From Octopus sinensis (lineage: Eukaryota), in contig NC_043001.1 of assembly GCF_006345805.1 (NCBI RefSeq), forward strand, positions 78,368,001-78,432,000: a DNA stretch of 64,000 bases. The letters are read 5' to 3'. The notes under the pieces are model-generated. The model ran no database searches and was not told where the DNA came from. It saw only the letters and a list, made by a program, of their open reading frames with translations. Shown here one piece after another: positions 55,062 to 64,000 of the stretch (its first letter is position 1; each line of letters opens with the position of its first letter). The position numbers and the translations under genes were made by a program.

Positions 55062-56311
55062 GCAGATTTTTTATGTAGTAAAAGATAAACAAATTTCTTT
55101 TTTAATCAAAAATATACTCTCCTTCATTTTGTACAATGCTCTTGCATCTATGTGGTAGACTTTCAAGGCCCTTCTACCAAAATTCACATGTTTATGACGA
55201 AAAGTGCTCCTCCTGTACGATTCTGACCGCATCTCCAGAATTTATATTTTTTCCGACAAAATGATTGTGAAGGATGCTGAATAAATGATAATCAGATGGA
55301 GCAATATACGGTGAATATGGTGAGTGGGGCATCGTTTCCCATTCAAACTACTCCAGCCTTTGGACTGTAATCCTTGCTGTATGTGGCCCTGTATTATCCT
55401 AATGGAAGAATATCTTTCGTCTTGAAACCAAAGATGGTCGTTTCTCTTCTAGCACTGACTTAAGCCGCTCAAGCTGCTCGCATTAGATTGCCTTTGTTAT
55501 CGTTTGGTTTGGATTCAAAAGTTCAAAGTGAACTAAACCTTTCCTATCCCACCAAACAGATAACACCTTACGTGAGTGAAAACATTTAGCCTGTGGTGCC
55601 GGTGTTTCTGCTTTCCCTATTCACTGTCTTCGGCGCTCGACGTTTTTATAGAGAACCCATTTCTCGTCACCAGTCACTCTTCCTTCTGAAGAAAGGTTCA
55701 TTCGTGAGACGTGACACTGAAGAAGAGCATACATTCACTCTGCGTGCGATTAGACACGGAAAATTTGTGAGGATCCCATTGACCCAATTTACTGACTTTT
55801 CCGATGGCACGCAAGAGTCGATGAATGGTTGAATGACCAAATTCAAGCTTCGCTTCTAGTTCCTCAACAGTTACGATGGGATTTTGTTTCACCAGTGTTT
55901 GAAGGAACGTCCTGGTCGAGCTCTACAGATCTTTCGGGATGAGGCCCGTCCATTAGGCTGTAGTTTCCGGCTCGGAATTCCTAGAAGCACTGTTGACACT
56001 GGATTACACTTATTGTCCGATCCTAATATCCTGCATTAATATTCCTCGCACTTTTCGTTACGTCGTTGCAATAATTGAACTCATAAAGCAAAATATGCCG
56101 AATATGATCCTTTGTCACTTCCTTTATGGCTTTGAAAAAATAACTGTTAAAATCGAACTGCATTCTTCAAAACTTACACTAAGAATAAACACAAGGTCAA
56201 ATTACTACCTGCTTTTATAACAAGTTGATGCAGGTAGTTTGTCCCGTCCCTGTCCGACTTTTAGTTCAGGCAACTGAAAAAAAACCCCACATCATTTATG
56301 GAATGACCCAG
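55062..56311 (-). mobile_element. Decayed near-full-length mariner
   Basis: TVEELEAKL...HSTIHRLLRAIGKVSKLGQWDPHKF (WVPHEL motif); SPYIAPSDYHLF on the minus strand near 55290-55320; TIR-like end catcatttatggaatgacccag|ta; other TIR eroded. Confidence 0.88.
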
Positions 56312-56446
56312 TATATAAATTCATACGTCTACTACGGCTGTTGCTACATTTTCCCCTTTCTCTTCCTCTTCCTCCTAATCATCTTCCACCTCCTCCTCAT
56401 CATCATCCTATTGCTACTACTACTACGACTACTACTGCTGCTGCTG

Positions 56447-56493
<47 letters not shown>

Positions 56494-56928
56494 GTTACTA
56501 CTACTATTGTTACTGCTGCTGCTGCTGCTGCTGCTGCACCTTCTGTCATCACTGTTGCTGCTGCTGTCACCGATGCCGCCGCTAATGTTGGTTCATGTTT
56601 TAGTGCTGATAACAAAAAAAAAGAATTATTTCGACAAAACTTGCAAAAATGAAAATAGGAATGTGAAAAATATAGTTTAAACAATCTAATATTTATAAGA
56701 AAACAAATGCAAAAAGGTTGATTGGTGGCAGGAGTAAGGATGTGTGTACGAGGGAGTAAGGATGATTGGGAGACATATAAGTAAAGAATAGAGATAGATA
56801 CATTTAAAAAAGAAACAGACGGATAGCTAGCTAGTTAGACAGATACATATATACATAGACAGATAGACAGACAGATAAGTATATAGTTAGACCGATATAT
56901 AACAGTGGAATAGTTTTAAATATCTATC

Positions 56929-56981
<53 letters not shown>

Positions 56982-57101
56982 TGTGTGTGTGTGCGTGTGT
57001 GTATGTATCTACATATATATGTCTATATATATGTCTATATATATATATATATATGTATATGTTTGTATATATATATATGTATATGTTTGTAAATATATGT
57101 T

Positions 57102-57157
<56 letters not shown>

Positions 57158-57481
57158 CATGTATGTATATATTTGTATATCTATATATACATGTAGAACA
57201 TGGATAGATAGATTGATATATGGATGGATTGTTATGCAGCGAGAGAGTGAGAGAGAGAGAGAGTGAAAGTGAGGAGGTGTGAGAAAGATGGAGAAAGAGT
57301 GAAAGAAAGACAGAAACACAGACATGCAGTCTGCTAGATTGCTTGATACAGAGACAAACAGATAAATAGAAAGGCAGTGAGAGCTCGGTAGATAGATATT
57401 TCGATAGATTAATAGAGTGATATAGGCGGATTGGCAAACAGACACATAGAATGACAAACACAAACAGATAGACAGAAATAA

Positions 57482-57557
<76 letters not shown>

Positions 57558-58321
57558 GAAAAACTGATATAGAATATTAAAGCAAGTTATTTTTATTACA
57601 GTCTGTGTTGGAGGTGTTCACTGGAGTTATGGCGCTAAGAGGATAAGCACATATGCAAATATCTGGTGGGTAAATTTTGCCCACAAGGTATTTGCATGTG
57701 TAATTTTCTCCATTCTATTTTCTTATCCCAGTTTATCATTGTGCCATTCATTTTTCTTTCTTTCTTTATATATTTTAATTTCATTTCTTATATATTCTCG
57801 CTTGTCTTTTTCTATTTTTCAATCACTCTTCACTTGTAATTTGCCAAACCAACCCAACACACTCACACTCACAAACATAACATTCACACACATTTTTTTT
57901 TCTTTTCCCTTAATATTTTTTTTCCACTTTTGAATCTTCCATGGCGGCCTTCTTTCCACCTACGCATTATTTATTATTTATTATTTTCTCTCCGAGTTAC
58001 TCAAGACAATTTACACCTCTCACTTAAAATGCACAGATTTGCTCGGATGAAATAAAGCAAACAACAGCAATACACACATGTCTGGGATTTTTTTCTTTCT
58101 CTCAGCGATGGAAAGATACGTTTAAAAAAGAAGCACCTTAATGGGGACTTAACACGCCTTATTACTAGAAATGAAAATCCAAAGGTCCAATGTTCGGTGA
58201 CACAAAGGTGCTACCAATGATATTGATTTTTCACAGTGTAGCCTTTATAATCTCTTGTAGTATTGCTTATTTTTTTTATATCTTAACGATGCTATATGCC
58301 AGTTCTGTTTGTTTTCAATCG

Positions 58322-58381
<60 letters not shown>

Positions 58382-58708
58382 TATATATGTATATGCATAT
58401 ATATATATATATGTGTGTGTGTGTATGAATATATATATTGTCAAATATTTTCCTTTTTATTTTTTCATAAAACAACTTTTAGTTCTAAAGTTATTCTATG
58501 ACACGTTTTATGCATAATTTGGGGAAAATTTAGTTCCTTTTTGCCTGTCTATCTTTCTATCTAATTATCTATCTATCCATCTCTCTCTCTCTCTCTCTCT
58601 CTCCGTCTGTCTGTCTGTCTGTCTGTCTTTGTGGTATTTTGATAACAGACATTTCTGACCTATTCCCTCCTACATCTCTCGTGTGTGTACGTGTGTACGT
58701 GTGTATGT

Positions 58709-58744
<36 letters not shown>

Positions 58745-58959
58745 TGGTATTGTTCGCACATCCAGCACCCAGACACGGAAATATGTCGGTTCAAATGTGC
58801 ACCGCTTACGCAACGTCGGAACAACCACAAATCCTCTTTTAGTATACTGGAATGACACAATATCTCGTCCCTCGCCAGTCACGTATGACACTTAAAAGAA
58901 GAAAGTGCATCAAGCATAATCAAATGGAAGCTCCTTGAATAACCGGGTACTTATATAAA

Positions 58960-59720
58960 CGGGAGGAAACGATGAAAGCTAAGCTTAACAGAAAGCAAGA
59001 ATCATTAAAACAACTCACTCGAAACAGGGACCTTTTTAAACTTTAGGAAAAAATTATTCGTTCAATGCCTTTTGCTAAAACGTATCCTCGTGGCAGACTT
59101 AGAATAATGAAGAACGTATCCTCACTTTGCCAGCTACAAGAACGACAAAAATACATCCATCTCTACATATTCCGAATGCAACGTTCCGGTTATACACAGA
59201 ACGATAGAATCAGCGTTTACAAAGGAGCGAAACCAAGATTCGAACGCATTTTAAGAGATGATGAAACCGGTATATGCCCACTAAACCGCAACAAGTTCTG
59301 AAATAAGCTGCAGAGAGACACCAACAAAAAAAAATTTAAAAAAGGACTTCGTATGACAAGAAGTTTCACAGTGTACTGTTTATTGCCATTAGGCCTTTGA
59401 ATGAATTGAGTAAGGTATTTAAGATAATCCTACTCACAACTGGCCTCAAGATCAAAGTTGTAGATAAAACAGGTAGGACTATGCAATCTATATTTTGTAA
59501 GTCATACTCATTTGATAGAATCACGTATCAGAATAGTTGTGTAGAATGTTCTACAAACCCGCATGTAAACTGTAAAACGAAGAACAGAGTATACCAGTGC
59601 TATGAAGAGTCCTACATTGCTGACACATCTTGGAGCATCAATGATAGGTTCAAGGAACAAATTCCATCTTCTCTCAAGAATCTGTAGACCGCCACAACGG
59701 TTCCATAGTGAGACTTAAGA
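58960..59720 (+). mobile_element. Decayed Penelope-like 3' fragment
   Basis: RLRIMKN...RMQRSGY; CVEC...NCKTKNRVYQC..YIADTSWSINDRFKEQ resembling GIY-YIG. Confidence 0.7.
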
Positions 59721-59901
59721 CATATATATATATATAGAGAGAGAGAGAGAGGGTGAGAGAGTGAGAGAAAGATATAATGTCTGTGTGTCTACTTAAGTAC
59801 TTATATAAGTGTGTTTATTTATGCATTGCATGTCAGTGTAAATAATATATATATATATATATATATATAATCAAAATAAACAACAAGAATATCCAGAGGT
59901 A

Positions 59902-59990
59902 ATGCAGTACGATCGTTTCATGCAACTCTATTTAAATTAACAATGCAATCATTACATCAATTTAAAAAGCAGAGCAATCTTCAGCTGCAT
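59902..59990 (-). ncRNA. Type I hammerhead ribozyme with intact core
   Basis: atgcag-CTGAAGA-[long stem II]-GAAAC GATC GTA-ctgcat: perfect 6-bp stem I, palindromic GATC loop, GUA cleavage triplet. Confidence 0.8.
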
Positions 59991-60291
59991 AGAGCCATAC
60001 AATTTAATCAAATTGGAACAAATAGCCACATTAGAATAATTATACCTAAAATCCCCAAGAAGATAAGGAGATAGACAAAGAACATGCTGTCTCACTCCAG
60101 TTTAGAAGTTACTGAATTTTCGAGAAGATATATATTGTTACTTACTCTGCCTGTCACTGATTCATTTTGTTTTTATGGAGTCAGTCTTAATTTATAGACT
60201 AGCTTATCAAATCCCTTGTATATCTAAGGCTGAGAGAACAGAGGGAAGTATCTGTTAGGAGTATATACTGCCCTCAGTTCTCTTTGTATTT

Positions 60292-60375
60292 GTGCAGCTG
60301 AAGATTGCTCTGCTTTTTAAATTGATTTAATGATCACATTTTTCAATGGAGTTGCATGAAACGAACGTACTACAT
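60292..60375 (+). ncRNA. Type I hammerhead, second arm, mildly degenerate
   Basis: gtgcag-CTGAAGA-ttgctct...gagttgcat-GAAAC GAAC GTA-ctacat. Confidence 0.7.
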
Positions 60376-61024
60376 TACCTCTCGATATCCTTGTTGCTTA
60401 TTTTGATTTTAATCACCTTACTTTGAAATTGTATGGATAATACCGTACTAAATTCTGGTGACTCAACATAAGTACCATATTCATCTGAATCTAAACTTTT
60501 GCCATATATATATATATATATATATACTTACATACTTGTCGATAAATTTATTTAAATGGGTCATTGTATTTTTTATGTTTGATTAGGTCACAAAAATCTC
60601 TCAATGTTTGTCATGAATTTATTTACGTCTATTTTCATTTCATTACTTCTTTCATTCTTTCTCTCTTTCTTTCTTTCTTTCTTTCTTTTATTCATTCTTT
60701 ATTGCTTGCTTGCTTTCTTCCTCTCTCTGTCCCTCTCCCTCCCTTTCTTTTACTCTTTCTCTCCCGCACATCCTATCACTTGTAATATTTCATTCACTTT
60801 TCGATATTATTTTATACGTGACTCTTTCTTATGATTCTCATTCCAGGATTTAATTTTAATATTACGACTTCCTCATTCGTTTAAGTGTTTATGTTCTTTC
60901 CAATTTTATAAGAACCTCTGGAAGAATTTCCAAGAAACGGAAAGGCCACTTTTATATAATTTTCTTACAATCATTTAAACCATTCGCTTTATTTCCTATA
61001 CTGATTTTGTATATGGATATATAT

Positions 61025-61058
<34 letters not shown>

Positions 61059-61116
61059 ATGTATATGAATACACACGCGCGCATACGTACACACGCACAC
61101 ACGTGCACACGCATGT

Positions 61117-61158
<42 letters not shown>

Positions 61159-61345
61159 CATACACATATGCATACATGAGTATGTGTATACACACACACA
61201 TATATACATAGATAGATATAAGCATACATCGATACTCACGGGTTGATACATGTATATATGTGTGTGTGTGTGGGTGGGTGTATACATATAAATAAATATA
61301 TTTATAGATGTACATATATCAATATACACACGTTGATATGTATAT

Positions 61346-61387
<42 letters not shown>

Positions 61388-61429
61388 CATACATACATAT
61401 ATACATACATACATACATACATACATACA

Positions 61430-61463
<34 letters not shown>

Positions 61464-62580
61464 CATACATATATATACACACATATACATGAACTGCGAG
61501 ACGAACAGACAGACAGATAGATAGTTATTCTGCTTTATTTCCGTTTTATGTCTTATGAATTTTATCATTTTTTAATATTTATCTTATTCAAATTTTATAT
61601 CATTTTTAGCGCTGCAGTGAATATGGAAATCCGTAAAAATTAATAAAAACAAAACGAAACAAAAAACAAAAAAAGCAAAAAAACAAAATGTTTTCTTTGC
61701 AACAGGAATTCTGTTTAAGAGTTTTATGTGGAGAGAAATGGGAAGATCTGAATCTGTCGGCTTTCGGAAAGGCGTAAACGACATGACAAAGAGATTTAAT
61801 CCCAACTGGGAACGTTCGCATTCATCGCCGTCTCATATTCTTACACAAAAACATCCATTAACCAACGATGAGCGTCCGATGACGCATCGCAACATATGCA
61901 CATATTCTGACCATTAATTGTGTCAGGATAATACAACACACGTATTTGCTTTACTGTTGAATTACTTTTCGTGTCTTCATCTAAGATAAAAGTTCGTTTC
62001 AAACATTCAAGGTTTGAATGTGGTATTTCTTTTGTGATAACATATGCACAATTTTATTGCATTTCAATGGGTTCTCATGCACTTCAGTTATATTCTAAGA
62101 GTGTACTGCATTACTGAGAGTTCCCCACTTCCGCCTATAATATATTTAGGTTCTACTTACCTGAATTATATGCCTAAATATCTGGAACAAATTATTATCA
62201 GTAGAAAGGGCGACATTTTTGGCACCTTTTATCTAATCTCTTTTGTTAAGGCTTAGTAAGCCCTTACGTGTTAAACGATTCCATATTCGTTAGTCATCAG
62301 CTGCCATTTTGATTAGGTTGTTAGAATCCTGCATCAATAGGAAAGTTGTAAACCTATTCAAAACCCATTTGACTACCTATCTGCCCGTTATCATTCTGTC
62401 TGTACGTCTCTCTATAAGCACACACACATAGACACACACATACATGTATATTTGTTTGCAAGTATATACATATGTATACATGCATATATATATACATAAA
62501 TATATATATGAATATACATGCATATATATACATAAATATATATATGAATATATATGTATATATATATATCATATATATAT

Positions 62581-62632
<52 letters not shown>

Positions 62633-62999
62633 TATATATATATATATATATCTACATATACATATACATACACACACACATATATCGGCAAATAAATATG
62701 ATATTTCATAAATAACCAGTAATTTTTTAAAGATGGTAATAGTTAATTTGGTAACGGTTTGGTGACGAACTAAAACATTTATTATTGTTAGCCATTTAAT
62801 CAGAAGTTTGTATATTCTCAACTAGTTAAATAAGAAACTGCTGACTAGTTAAAACAATGACATTCATATTTAAAAAAATGGAAACAGTCACCTCTGAAAT
62901 AATGCGCACCTTCAGAAATACATACACACACGTGCGCCCACTCGCCACCCATCTCTCTCTATCTGTCACACACACACACACACACATACACACACACAT

Positions 63000-63462
63000 A
63001 TAAGGCTTGTACGGACATAATTCCGAAAGCTTGCATAATATCCATGTTAACTTACAATTTACATTCTCTATTACAATACGCCACCACATACTTGTTTGGC
63101 AAAAAGAACAAGATGATCAGTCATTGGTTTTCCTGCCTGGGCATAGCCTGGAGGATCTGGTGTCCTCCGACTTCCGTCTGTTCGCTCCAGTGAAGGACAC
63201 CCTTCAGGGACAATGATTTTATGACACAGACATCGCGAAAGTTGCAGTAAAAGTGGGTACGGCAGTGCACCGAACAAAGAGGGTTCTACAGTTGTGTTTA
63301 ATGGTCACACATTGCATCACTTCCGGTGGAGAGAATTTTCAGTCGTGACTTTGTATAGTGAATGAGTTACTCGGGACACAATATGCAATTTCAAGGGGAA
63401 CTGTCACCTAAAAAACAAGTAGTTATGTCTAATTTTGCCTTAACTTTCACAGAACGCTCATA
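63000..63462 (+). mobile_element. Mariner derivative, decayed
   Basis: PGHSLEDLVSSDFRLFAPVKDTLQGQ*F resembles PPYSPDLAPSDFHLFGPLK..L.G..F; ends uncertain. Confidence 0.65.
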
Positions 63463-63510
63463 TAAATAAAAAAGAAACATATAGATTCATAGATATATTA
63501 ACACATATAT

Positions 63511-63920
63511 TCTTTTACTCTTTTTCTTGTTTCAGTCATTTGACTGCGGCCATGCTGGAGCATCGCCTTTAAGCGTTTTTTAATCGCAAAAACCGACCCC
63601 TGTACATATTCATTGTAAACATACTGCTTATTCTATTGTTCTTTTTTGCCGAACCGCTAGGTTATGGGGAATTAAACACAGCAAAATCGGTTGTCAAGCG
63701 ATGGTGGGGGAAAAACACAGGCACAAAGACAGAGAGACAAACAGACAGACATACACAGATGTACAACAGGCTTCTTTCAGTTTCTGTCTGCCAAATCTAC
63801 TCAAATGGGTGTGGTCGGCCCGAGACTATAGCAAGAGACAATTGCCCAAGTTACCCAGCAGTGGGACTGAAAACGGAACCATTTGGTTAGAAAGTAATCT
63901 TTATACTACAAAGCCAGTGC
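63511..63920 (-). mobile_element. SINE family B
   Basis: gtttcagtcatttgactgcggccatgctggagc...gccgaaccgcta...cagtgggactgaaaacggaaccat. Confidence 0.88.
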
Positions 63921-64000
63921 AATTATTGTGTTGAACACGGCTATAGAACCAGAAACAGGTGTTCACAAATGTTTTCTTAACTACTTTTCTTTAAGAATTT

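Larger units (their letters stand above)
59869..60408. mobile_element. Fold-back element (~120-bp arms, ~300-bp spacer) with hammerheads in both arms
   Basis: Arms 59869-59990 and 60292-60408 are reverse complements. Confidence 0.88.

Noticed and set aside
62745-62810. Minus-strand ctgatta...caaaccgtta, possible dead hammerhead in a pLTR fragment
   Set aside because: Several core mismatches and no stem I

Overview
Eukaryotic, AT-rich, repeat-saturated window with no confidently identifiable host gene. The dense (TA)n/(CA)n/(TATG)n/(TAA)n microsatellites and the SINE families resemble octopus (coleoid cephalopod) genomic DNA; this is an inference. Most ORFs in the track are microsatellite artefacts. 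Real coding signal comes from transposons: three Penelope-like elements (one at 33150-35810 with RT, GIY-YIG and a pLTR), two R4/Dong LINEs, a CR1 3' fragment, a CRE-type RLE fragment, an ORF1-only L1/Tx1-like element with a 12-bp TSD, a full-length IR/DR Tc1, several mariner derivatives, a non-autonomous Helitron, a probable Helentron-type element, and three tRNA-derived SINE families. The most interesting signal is a set of fold-back (palindromic) elements next to microsatellites, with apparently unrelated sequences, whose arms carry outward-facing minimal hammerhead ribozyme motifs with palindromic stem III. A variant hammerhead also sits in the Penelope pLTR and in a solo copy of it. Also notable: a HAL1-like ORF1-only retroelement whose 3' end matches one SINE tail, and TSD-bounded two-tailed SINE dimers. 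All alignments and folds were done by eye.
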